A DNA stretch of 64,000 nt from Cyanophora paradoxa CCMP329 (Eukaryota > Plantae > Glaucophyta): the NCBI GenBank assembly GCA_004431415.1, contig QPMI01000533.1, positions 372,001-436,000 of the forward strand. Direction: 5' to 3'. The stretch's first letter is position 1. Each line of letters begins with the position of its first letter. Made by a program: the position numbers and the translations under genes. Below are positions 35,101-47,089 of this stretch, piece after piece. Below the pieces are notes generated by a model, which ran no database searches, had not been told where the DNA came from, and was given only the letters and a program-made list of their open reading frames with translations.

Positions 35101-36719
35101 CCCCTTCCCCCCCCCCCCGTCCCTACTGACGCGCCGGCAGCCCTTCGCCCCCGACCGCACCTTCCGCTTCCACCACCCCGAGAACGACTTCTTCAAGGTA
35201 CCCCCCTCCGCTCTGCATCCCTGTACCCTGCACCCCAGCGCGCCAACGGGGCGGCGGGCAGACGCGGCTGGGGATCGAGGTGACGGCGGCGTCGTCGCCG
35301 GCGGAGCAGGTGCTGGCGGCGCTCGACCCGGCGGGCCGCGGCTACAAGCACGTCCGCTGCTCCCACGCCAACGTCGTCGTCCGCACCGAGAACGGCGCCA
35401 AGCGCCAGGCGAGCCGGCCGTCCCGCCCTGAACCTCCCGCCCCGCCCCACCGGCTGACGCCCGCCCGGTCAGGACGTGTTCGTGAAGTACCGGTGCGGGG
35501 GCTGGCCCCACGTCGGCCGCTTCTTCCTCCTCGTCTACCACGACCCCGCCAACTCGTTCCTCCACGAGGCCCGCCCCGCCCCGCCCCGCCTGTCCCCGCG
35601 CCCGCGCCCGGCTCACGGGGCGGGGCGGGGGTACAGGTGTGGCAGGTCTTCGTCTCGGCGCTCCACTCGATGGACGTCTCCTCCCCCGTCGGCCAGGCGC
35701 GTACCCCGGCCTCGAGACGGGGGGTACGCTGACCGGCCCCGCAGACGCACCGCGCCTCTCTCTTCATCCCCGCCGCCGCCGCCCCCCGCACCGTCCAGGC
35801 TCGTACCCCCCACCGCCCGCCCTTGCCCTTTCTCCGCTCAGCGGTACCCCCGCAGGTCCACTCCTCGAACCCGGACCTGGTGCAGGTCCAACCCTCCGCC
35901 CCCTTCGCCCTCGTCTCCGGCAGGCCCGCCATCCCCGGCCTCGTACCCCCTCCCCCGCCCACTTTCGAATTCGCCGCAGCGTCAACGAGCTCTCGATGGC
36001 GTACCGCCCCCTCCGCGTCGGGACCGCCGACGTCCTCCTCCACGTCGTCGGTACCCCCCTCGCCTCCCCGTACCCCGCGGGACCCGCCGAGCGGGCCGCC
36101 CCGCAGACGTCGCGGCGCGGGAGCTTGTTGGCGCGTGGCTCGTCGAGACCAACGCTCGGCCCCCCTACGTCGGTGCGGCCCCGTACCCCTCTCCGGCCCC
36201 GGCCCCGCGCCCGGGGGAGAGCGGCCGGCGCAGGCAAGACCTTCGAGGTCGCAGTACCCTCCGGCATCGCCTGCAACAAGGTCCGCTGCGCCCCCCCCCT
36301 ACCCCCCCTTCGTTCGCCACGCGTACCCTCGCGGTGGCGAACGGCGGGCGCAGAAAATATCGTTCAAGAACCCGTACGGCGAGCGCAAGGCCTTCGTGCT
36401 GCGGACCAGTCACCCCCACCTCGTCCAGTTCCGGGACACACGGTATATACGTACCCCCGCCCTCGCCCTTGCCCCGGACCCCGTACCCCCCTGATCCGGG
36501 CCGGGGCCGGGGCCAGGCTCGACCTGGAGCCGTTCGGCGCGGCGTACATCGGCCTGCGCCTCCTCCCGCAGGTCCGATACCCCCCCCCCCCCCCCCCTCC
36601 CCCGCCCGAAGCCGACGCGGGGGCAGTCGGTGCCGCGGGTGGAGGAGGTGCACGTCTTCGTGAACGACGCGGAGGACAAGAGCGAGGACTGCCTCTGCGT
36701 CCGCGTCCAGTACTGCTAG
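32185..36719 (+). CDS. NPHP4: N-terminally truncated NPHP4 paralog (C-terminal half, ~27 introns, intact stop); functional status unknown
   Basis: 32185-35610 is an inverted, diverged copy of 3440-1. It continues through KTFEVAVPSGIACNKKISFKNPY..RLDLEPFGAAYIGLRLLP..EEVHVFVNDAEDKSEDCLCVRVQYC-TAG (36717-36719), the NPHP4 C-terminus. Confidence 0.82.
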
Positions 36720-37341
36720 CCGGGCCTAGCCTCCGCCCCCGCCCCCGCACCCGGGCCTCTCTTGCGGGGCCCGCCCCCGTCTTTTATTCAAGTTAAGCTC
36801 TTCGGTTAATCGCGCACGCACGCACGTGCGCTGCTGGGCACCTCCTGGGCCGCTCTTGCGAGGCTCGCAGGGCCAGCCACCGTCTTTCATTCAGCTCTTC
36901 GGATTTCATACACGGCCGAGCTCGAGCTGAACATATATGAGCTATAGCTGAGAGCTACAGATGCAGCTCATGATCAAAGGCTCCGGATCCCCGAGCTACA
37001 GCTGAGAGCCCCCGAGCTACAGCTGAGAGCCGCGGCCGGCGCCCGGCCGGGGCGCCGGGATGTTCGTGGGGAGGAGGGGTAGCAGGAGCCGCCGAGGCGG
37101 AGAGGCTTGCCCCTATCCCTAGCTATAGCTATATCTTAGAAAAGGGAGCGGGGGAAACGAAGCATCGAAAAATGAAATCGAAGCTTTCAACCTATAAGCT
37201 CCCACCCGCCTTCTGATTCTATTGCAAATGATTTTTCACAATATCAATGCATTGCAGCACGTGCACGTGCGCATGCACCGGCCCTACAAATGCTGTGTGG
37301 CGCCTATCAAAAGCTGCAGGCGCCTGGCTTTCTTCTATTAT

Positions 37342-40300
37342 CTATCTGAAAAACCGAAGCAAACCGTTGATGAGGCCGCCGAGCTGATGCCGCATGGTGA
37401 TGAGTCTGGACTGGAACGGGTAGAGGCGCTTGGGGGGCAGAATTTCGTATCCGCACGCGATCAGCAGCCGAAGCAGGGCTGCGGCGAGGCGGGGCGAGCG
37501 GGCGGGGCAGCGGTCCGGTCAGAAGCGAGATGCTGGAGGCATGGATTAATATTGCAGACTCCGACTCGCCTTTGACCGTGTTCTTCGCCATCGCCTGCTC
37601 GTCCACGATCTCGATCGCGGCGGCGGCGCTGGCGGACTGCCCCGGCTCCACGCGCCGGCGCACGCCAAGGCACTCGTACGGCACCTGGGGCCGGGGAGAA
37701 GGGGCGAAGAGGGAGGAAGCGTCGTTAACGCTGTCAGTCAGGACGACGAGGTCGCAGAGCAGAGGAGCGGCGACGTTGGCCATGGCGCACCAGGAGGTTG
37801 TTTATCTGGCGCTGCTTGCTCTTGTCGGGCCCGTACATGAAGCCTGCGCGGCGATGGCGGGCCGGGCGCGTCATGGAAAAAGGAAGGAGGACGCGACGCG
37901 ACGCAGATTAAACGGGAAAGGGGGCGGACCCTCGCGCTTCTTCTTGCGGGCCCAGACCTCGTGGGCGTTGCGCGCCAGCAGGTCGACCAGCTGCTCCATC
38001 CCGTGCTCGTCGTGCAGGGGCTGGGCGGACGTCCTCGAGAGCCACTCGGTCGGCCACCAGCTCCAGTCGACCGCCCCGTTCCGGCTCTTCATCTCCTGCG
38101 TTTCGGAAAAGTGTTGGACTTCAGAAAGCGCGTGTCCAACGATATATAGAACATCGTCTTACGTCGAGCTTTTTCTCATACGTCTTCCTGTTGACCCTCA
38201 TCAGGATGTAGTTCTGCGCACAGTCCAATTGCTTTCAGATCCAGTTGTCAAGTTCGATTTCAAATAAAGTTATACCTTCGGCAAGTTCTTTTGGGTGATG
38301 TAATGCTTCCACGCGGGATCCCGTTCCAGCACGTTGACGTTCGAGTTTTCAGTGCTCGGCGGCACAAACTTGTAGCTGCAAGCAGGTCAGCCCAGCTAGC
38401 AAGCATAGCCGATGCATAGCTATAGTCAGTCGATCGAACCCGCAGTACATTGCCGCAAAAATAATCTGCAATAGCAGCACTGAGCGTGCAATGTAGAGAT
38501 AGAGGTATCTCCTTGCATCGTTCACAAACCTCGAGAGCCTTTCCAATCTCCTCTTCGAATTCTTTCTTGTTGACTTCTTGCACGCTCTTGCCCTCGACGA
38601 TTTCATTGTCGCTTAGCTTTCGCAGCGAAAAGAAATTCTGCGTGCGTACGGTTCATACACCCGCAGACGTGCCTGCCGCATGCCGCATGGTTGCACACAC
38701 CTGAAGTTCGCTGTTCAGCTTCCTCTCGTCGTCGAAACCCTTTTCGCAGTACCTGCACAGGCATGATAAACCTTCCTACTAGGCTACGCGCTCTATCACA
38801 AGCGATGCGCTAGAACGCACTTCCAGCCGTCCTTCACGCGGCTGCGGACCCACTGGTCGTGGTGGACCATTCCGAGCGCGACGACGAGGGAAATGTCAGT
38901 CCGTTCGACGCGCACCTGCGATGTGAGCGATGTTGTCAGACAATTGCGACGTGATTTGCAATTGCAATCGGCGCGTTGCGTCTCTTAGACTCAGACCTTT
39001 TCAGCACGGGCGATTTCTTCAAGATTGCTCGTTTGCATCGGCTGTGACTTCGTCGGCTCGAGCTCTATAGCTACATCTTCGGATTTCGTGATCGTCGCTA
39101 TTTCAATTGGAACTCTGATGCGGCGTAGAGAGTCAAGCAATTTCTCGCGTCTGCTAGCGCGCGCAAGCAATCAGAACGATATGTACACAGGAAACCCGAT
39201 AGTGTTTCGTGCAGTCTGCGCACGCATTCTCGTTCGCTGATACGCCGGAGCTCGAGGTTGTATCGTAAGGGCGAGGCAGCCAAATCGCGTTTCTTTCAGC
39301 GTTCTGAGTGCAGGCGTCGCATGAGATTTCGGAATATGATCATCACTAGTACTAACCATGTCCATTTTCACAAAGCAGTGCGCGGGCAACGTCGAAAGGA
39401 AGCGCAGGGTCTGCGATGCAAGTAGCTCATGATCATGAGAACAAAAACGAAGTCAGCCAATCGAAAAGACAATGCTGGCTCGCCTCGGCCTTCACGTCTG
39501 TCTCATTTGCTCCAAAGCGCTTTCTGAGGGTGATTTCGCGAACGATGTCCGCAACCTGTCCATGGCCGATGGTTGCAGTCTGTGCAAATACGACGCAGAC
39601 CTCATAATAAATAATATGACACACCTCATCGAATCGGAGCGACTCGCGAATGACGAGTGACTGCCCACCCTCGAGCTCGGAAGATACGTTCATGATTGTG
39701 AGATAGAGATCCTGTACGCGCCGATCGAACTGCAACATCGAGAATTCAGTTGGATTTTATCAGTGGATAGGTAGCTATGCAATTTCAAGGGAATACGTAT
39801 ACCTCATTCACAGCCACAGTGAGGTGCTCGTAGAACTCCGGCTTCAGACCCGCCCGCTCGAGGATCTTCTGCTCGCCCTGAGGACAGAGTTTTTACGTCA
39901 AGGCATGAAAAGTTCATTGCGGCTTCGAATTCGTCGACGTACCCCGATCTCGCGGATAGCCTTGCGTCGGCCCACAACTTGTGTCTCGTCCTTAAGCTTG
40001 TCAAAAAACTCAATTGCCTCCTTGTGCTTCGCCTCCGAATCTGGAAGGCAGGGAAATCACGTGAAAGACGTGGTATATGTATTCGAATTTCTGCTGTGCT
40101 CGCCTACATACGCGCTGTTGCGCGCTGCTGCAGGCATTAGATGCGTTCACTCTGCACGAGCATGATTCACGCAATGGATAAAGTGCTTGCCTGCGATCGT
40201 GGCCTCGTTCTCTCGGCTGGACACGACGTGCACTTTGGAAGACTTGAGTTTGTCCACCAAGTCGACCACGCACTTCGTCGCCTCTCCGATGGCCTGCAAT

Positions 40301-43300
40301 GCGTGTGAGGCGCTCATTTCATCATGAAAGTGCACGATGGTCTACATTGACGCTGCTGCGAAGAGAAGCGCACCGCGCGGTAGAGAGCGTCGATCAGAAC
40401 CGCGTCTTCTACAAGGAGACGAAAAGTGTCGCTTTTGATTTCCTGCAGTCGCATGGAATGAGCAATTCATGATCAGGTGTACACAGACACGCCATGCACC
40501 GTTGCGCGATGCTTGGCTGCCAAGTTCTTCAAAGCTTCAATGATCTGATTGAAGTTCGCTCACTTTAGACTCCGTGTTTGCATTGAAAATCACAAGAACG
40601 AACCAAGAGCATATCATCGAGCGCAAAAGTGCGGCGCACGAAGCGTGCCGGCGTCAACACGCAGTACGACCCGCGGTTGTCCAGTAACCGCTGCAGCTCA
40701 GCGTTTCGCTCGCTGATGCTCATGAGCTCTTCCTCCAGCTGCGCAGCAAACGTTGGTCGGAGGCAATATCTAGAACAGAGCTTAGAGCGCTGGCTTCGCA
40801 CATCTAAATCATCGATGAGGCGGCTTGGCGGGTCCATTCCGTAGCTTCTGAAAGTGTGGAGAACGCGGTTGTGCAGTACAACGTGCGCATCGCGCAGATA
40901 GAAATATCCCACGAGCTTCAACAGAGCCCTGCCATGAAATTGAAGGCTCGGTAAGGAATCAGTTATGCAAATGAAACGCAGCTGCGACTCACAAGGGCGC
41001 AATTTTGAGGTAATCACCCTCCTTGAAGCTGAACGGCTCATTCTGGGGCTCCAATTTGCTGAATCCTTGAACACACAAAAGATCTAGACATCCGACAAAG
41101 CGTCCTTTCACCCAGCCTGCAATGCTGCCCAGCCAAGAGAGCTTGCCCTTATTGACAAAAAGTGTGCGGAACGTGTAGTCCGCGTCGCTCCACTCCACGT
41201 CAATGTACTTGTTCGTCATCTGTGCCAAGTTAAGCCCATCAAACCATTTCGTTTCCCTACAAACAGCAGACAGGAATGCAGCGCGCCTCTACCACCGAGA
41301 ATTTCGCCAATGTGTCCTCCTTAATGTACACGCGCGATTCGCGATCGCGATCGGGCTTTGTTTCGTTGTTGTTCTCGTCGGCCTTTGGATAATTATCTCG
41401 CCTTCCTATCAGGTTGAGATAAAGGCCGTTCTGAAAGAAGCACGCAGCTTTAGTGAGTACACTTTCGCTTCAGATTGCGTAACCAATTCGGCGTACACGA
41501 ATTACATCCATCATGAATCGTGCCGCCGGATCGTCCAGGTCAGTGATAATCTCAGCGGCAATGTTCTGCGAAACAAGGTCTGAGGGCATACATGCATATG
41601 CAGCCGTTGCTGCGCATGCGCATCGGATGACCTTGTTGCCCAGGGGCGTGTCACCGGACTTGTCGTTCAGCGCCAGAAGCTCCGTGCTGAATTTGTCCCA
41701 TTTTATTTTCGAATTAGTATTGTTCGTGTTCTGAGTATAGTTAGGTGTATTCGGATTGCTCATGTCCTGAGTGTAGTCAGATATAAACCACAACATTCAC
41801 CGCGCCTGGGAGTGCGCACCTTAAGCTTCTGTTGCTTTATGGCTTCTCTGTGCTTCTCATGCACCGCGTTGAGGGCCTTGCGGGCCAGAGTGTCACGGTC
41901 CTTCTGCTCGCAGTACGCCTCCGAAAGCCAGAGCTGCATTACAAGGCGTGAGGTACACGTGCCAGTGGGTTCGACAACTGCAGTGGAAATGGGCTCATCG
42001 AACCCGGAAGCGACTCCTCTTGTCATCCCCCGGACCCGGCCGCGGCAGCAGCTTCGCGTCTCTATGCAGCTTCTTGATCTGGAGTCTGGCCTGGACGATT
42101 TTGGTGAAGGGGCTCAGGTGGTCCTCCGGGCTCAGGAGCTCCTCGAGCTCCTCCTGGAGCTTCACAGCCTCCGCCCTGAACGGCCGCGTGAGCGAGGGGG
42201 AAATCGGCCAGCTGCAGCCAGCGGGCAGCGCTAGCGCGAGCACCCAGCCTCGTCGTAGTTCTTGGGAGGACCGGAAAAGCCGCACGTTAGCGCACGCGTA
42301 GAAATCACAATTGCCGTATATTGAAAGATGCACACCTTGCTCAAAATGGCGATGAAAATGTTCTGTACAAAGCAGAACCGTCAACCCGCGAGAAACATAT
42401 ATAATACCCAGGCCGCCGCAAATCAAACAGACCACGAGGACTAGGCCCATGACCACAATGAAGGAAAAGTAGAAGATCTGTGCAAGGCATGATCTTAAAA
42501 TCGACAGAAAGCATTTTAAAGCTTACAACGCCGGCAACGGGGGAAACTTCGGCCATCTTTGACGCATCAAATCCTCCACTCAGATTGCTGCGATATATAT
42601 CGATCCCGTTTGTTGATCATGAAGCGTATAAACAGGCGCATGTGTCTTACCCGAAGAGATTTGATATGCTGCTGTACAACGAGCGAAATTCTGGACCGGG
42701 AGTTAGAGAAATTGCTTGAGAATATTGAAGCGCGTGGGACCTAGCTAGCCGGACCGGAAAGACGGTGTCCCTGCGAGAATATTAACACAAAAGATACCGT
42801 TGAACAGACGGGGACGGGAGCTGTACGCACAAATATGACGCAGGCCATAGCCGCGTATCCGCAGAAGAGAATTGCTGCGTGCGGGGTAGGAAAGTAGGCG
42901 TCGGTTTCAGCGAGGCATGCGTTTATTTCAGCACATTCTGTTGTATTCTGTATATAGCCGCATATTAGCCTAGCTATGCTCAGCCTTGACCTGACGTATG
43001 CATGGTTTGATAGCTGCAGTCTTCGAGCTGCTTATAGTTGTAGTCGGCATTAGATTTGATCGCATCTCAAGTTTAGCCTAAGTTTGGTCTAGTCTAGGGT
43101 ACGTGTGTCTGTCTTCGGGGAGTACAGGATTAGCCGCTGCTCGTCTCCTCCGGTCAAGTACCGTGCCTGGGCTCCGCCCGGGCGTGCGCTAGCGACCTCT
43201 AGAGATGGCTCGTCTGTTTCGCCTCCTAGCTCCGCCGCCGCCTCATTAGATCCGCCCGCTGCGCTCTGCCTGGTGCTCCCTAGCGCCCGGCCAGTGCACG

Positions 43301-46300
43301 CCCACTCGCTCTAGTATCTTAAGGGGGCCGGGCGTGTACAACAATTCGTCACTAATTTGATAGCAGGGAGCAAACCGAATATGAAGACAAATGCTGCGAG
43401 GTCCGGCATAGCCTGCCGTATCGCCGTTAGATTATTTTACGAACCAATTACGCAACCGATCGCGAGCTGCACAATTCGAACGTTGACAGTACCTTTGCGA
43501 TGGTGTTGGTGAGGACGGCCAGACGCGGAGTGAGCTCGAGATACTTGTACGCCCGCAGGCAGCAGATGAGGATCGACACGCCAGCCAGCTGCAGGGCGCC
43601 GATGGTCAGCGGCGGGTTTAATTTCACAATCAACATCGTTGCGCACCTGCTGAATGCTACTCATTAGGTCCAAGCCCCGGTCGAAGTCATAGAATCGGGC
43701 AGATTTATTGGGCGATGTGAAACTCATTGTAGTTGTGTTGTGTGCTAATGCAAGAGATTTCGAATCATAGAATCGGGCAGGATTAATGCCTGCGGCGAGC
43801 CTCCCGAGCATTTTCGAACAGAATGAATCTGAAATTAAAAGAACCGATTCAGCGTGAATAGGCATATAAATCAAGCCCCTGCATCAAAGAAGCGGACAGT
43901 ACTGAAGGCCGTAAAAAAAGGCAGCGAGAAGAAGACCCAAATTGAGGAGATCCAAGATGTTCCACCTGTCACCTGCAAGAGGTTCGAGGGTTGATATTCA
44001 ATATATACTGAATTCATATGCATACTTGCACCTGTCAAATATTCGACAAGGCCGCTATTCCACATTTCGAAAATCTCGAGGAGGATATAGACTGCACGCG
44101 AGACTCAAACCTTGACTTGGGGGGGGGGGGGGGGGGGGGGGGGTGACTTGGACACCACTGACCAATCACAAGTGTGTAGAACACGATAGCTGCGTGCGAG
44201 CTCGCATGAGACATGAGACAAAATGCATCTGGGAAGCGAAGGCACACCAAGAATGGCTGTGTGCCACTCAAAGGTATCGAGGTGCAACGTGTCCACTCTC
44301 ACGCTCGGCATCGCCAGGCCCTAATACAAGAGACATCACGGCCCGAAGGGGAGCGATGCGGGCCAGCAGACGCACAGCGGTCGGAAACTCAATCATAAAC
44401 GCCATTGTGATGAAAGTGCCTGCAGATGATCATGATCGAGACCATATATATAAGGCGGCGCGCCGGAATGGTTGCAATATTAATGTAAACGGCACGCGCT
44501 GGTGTGTGGGTTCTGCCAGTTGGCCTCCACGGACACGACCCGTGTACCCACGTCCAGCCAGTTCCCGTTCTGCGGGCAATTGCAATGGGCGCGGCACGCG
44601 GGAGCGCTAGCGCTTCAGCAAGACAGACCTTTAGAGCCGCGATGGTCGCAAGATTCTCTTCGATACGAGCAGCAGAGAGCATCACAACATAGCCTCCCTG
44701 TTGATTGCAAATGACACGACATCAGGAATGATTATAATTAGTACTGCACGGGGGAAATTAAAGATGGCAAGTGAATGTCTCGATAGCAACGATCACGGCC
44801 GCGGTGCACAGCGATGCCGTTCCACTATAGCTCAAGAAGGGGATTTGTAACAAGAGACGGGCCTTGCCGTAGGTGGACACGACGTCGCTCGTGATCCAGT
44901 CGCGAAGGTACCGCGCGGACGGGTCGAGGTCCGACATCCCCCCTCGCCAGGTCCAGCTGCGTGCAACCCAACGATATCGATCGCAAGCGCTCGCGTTCAC
45001 GAAGCCGCAAACGTAACGCACGCGTCGCTCTCGAGGCCGAACGGCAGGCGCTCCTCGCTTCCGGGGCCGAAGTCGTGGAAGCACCTGGTCGGCAAGTCAG
45101 CGCCATCGATATCGATAGAAATATCGCCGCGGCGGGGCCCGCGCACTGCGACTCGACAAGGTGGTCGTGGCCGGGGACCGCCGCCTGGCACGTGTACGCG
45201 GTGCTCCGTATCTGATCCCAGAGCAGTCATCAGGATGAGATCACTCTAGACACAGCCTGGAGCAGCCCGGCGCGCACCTGCCGGATGCGAATGGCTCCGA
45301 CCTGGCGCCGGAATTCGCGGAAGGGAGCGTGTTGGGCGTTCGCGGGATCGGTGATCGGCATCAGAACGTCGGATAGCCACTCGTACACATCCTCTGCCGG
45401 AGTTCAAGTGCGTTCGCGTTCGCGTCAGGGGTACCGGTCCCTCGGCAAAAACTTCAGGCATAGGGCAAGCTCACCGGCATCCTTGATGTTCTTGAAGGCC
45501 TGGGGTGCGTGATGTACGATCAGAGCCACATCAAGGTCACAGATACAGTTGCACACGCGAACCTCCTCCATGTTCAGGTGCCCCTCGACAATAAGACTCT
45601 CGTTTTGCTCGTAGTTAATCTGCAGGGGTGCGAAAGAATGCGAAAGATGCCAGCATAAGCCCAGGAGTCGCGCAGCGAGGGATGCACATGGGGCGCAGCG
45701 CACCGCTGCAAGAGTGAATTGAAATAGAATACGTGGTCGGCGAGTGAGTGAAGTGGCGAGTAAAAGAAGCGCAGGGCCGGGGGCACAGCGAACCCACTGG
45801 AATGACTCGGATGGCAAGGAATGCAAAGAGCATCACGAACAGAATGTAGACGCCGAGCTCGCTGCGGCCAAAGCCCGCTGTTCAGATGCAGCGGGCCCAG
45901 CTGCACTCGGCCATGTTCATGCATATATATATGTCTGCATACCGGTAAAGTTTATACTGCGCGAGACGCTTGCGCCAAACGCGGAGGTAGATCTCGGTAG
46001 AGCGAACATCAAGCTTCATGTCTTGGAAGAGGCTGTCGCAAGAGGTCAGTACATATATATAGGAGGCCTAGGCATGCCGTTCATTGGCAGCGACATGAGA
46101 TGGTCGCACTCAGAGATAGCTTTAACGACGTTTCCGCCTCCATTTGACTTCGTTTCGTGGTCCTTCGGACCCTCATGGGAGTCGGACGGATCCGGATCCC
46201 AGCCGACCGCGCCAGCAGCAGGCCTAGGAAGCGAATTCACGAGCTGAGAATGCGCATCCGAATGCACCGAGCTAGACGGCTGCCCGAAGCTCTCGAAGAA

Positions 46301-46651
46301 ACTAGCACTCTCCACATTGATGTTGACGTCGGATCCAAATGGGCGCGAGAGCCCGGCCGGCCGCGCCCGGCCGCCCAAACCGACTCGCGATCGGTAGGCA
46401 GATGCGGAGCTCGGAGCGACGGAGCCAGCGACGTCGGAGGGACGGTACAGAACCGCGCTCTGCATGGCCACCGGCAGAGGCTGCATACTGGAGCTGGAGA
46501 AGTAGCCTCCGGATCCGCTCTCGTCCCCGCCGAAGGTCGCATACGAATCCTCCAGAGATTGGGCTGAGCGTGCGTGCGGATACAGCGACACTCCGGCTTC
46601 GCTCCCGCTGGCGCGGTCGCGATCGTCGTGCAAACCGCCGCCGATGTACAT
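37342..46651 (-). CDS. Polycystin-2 (TRPP)-like cation channel with a long C-terminus carrying two RyR repeats
   Basis: Polycystin motifs CFHDFGPGSEERLPFG, NWLDVGTRVVSVEANWQNP, RAYKYLELTPRLAVLTNTIAKAMPDLAAFVFIFAILFCGYAAMACVIF, FYFSFIVVMGLVLV. RyR motifs LGMVHHDQWVRSRVKDGWKY and LVDLLARNAHEVWARKKKREG..VPYECL..ALLRLLIACGYEI. Stop at 37342-37344; start tentative. Confidence 0.8.
42920..43335. other. Insertion of unknown origin inside an unusually long (~500 bp) intron of the channel gene
   Basis: Flanking exons join in frame (..FVFIF|AILFCGY..) across ~42874-43375, whereas the other introns are ~50-100 bp; the insert is TAG/CTA-rich; no TSD seen. Confidence 0.45.
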
Positions 46652-47089
46652 GTTGCCGATGTACGAGCAACCAAGTTGTGAGGTGCCACGGTGGGCCGGG
46701 AGTCCGGGACAGCGTGCCAGCGCCCGCGGACCGCGGTTGTACGCGTACGGTGCGGAGTCTCTACGCGCTACCGGTACCCTACTACGGCGTAGTACCGGTA
46801 GCGAGTCTAGCTATAGGGACTCGGCGACACTCGACCGTCGGACCGTCGGACGCCCGGTGGCCCGGCGGACCGGCGGCGGTGGGCCGCGGCGGTGGCGCCG
46901 GTGGCCGCGCAGCGCCGCGCAGTGCGGCGCGCACTACCCTTAGTACCGTAGTACGTATACCGTAGACTCCGTAGTACCGTAGTACGTACTATATATATAC
47001 TACGGTACTAGTACCGTAGTACTGTGAGGCTATTGTGTTAGACGGGTCTTTTGTTACTAGTAGATGTTTGCCCACCCACGGGCGGTTTG

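Noticed and set aside
14949-36719. Retrocopies as the origin of the duplicated fragments
   Set aside because: Introns are retained in the INTS6, arrestin and NPHP4 copies and no poly(A) tails are visible.
14100-37250. Defined Helitron or Pack-MULE termini around the mosaic blocks
   Set aside because: No shared TIR/TSD or convincing hairpin+CTRR end found by eye; the carrier remains hypothetical.
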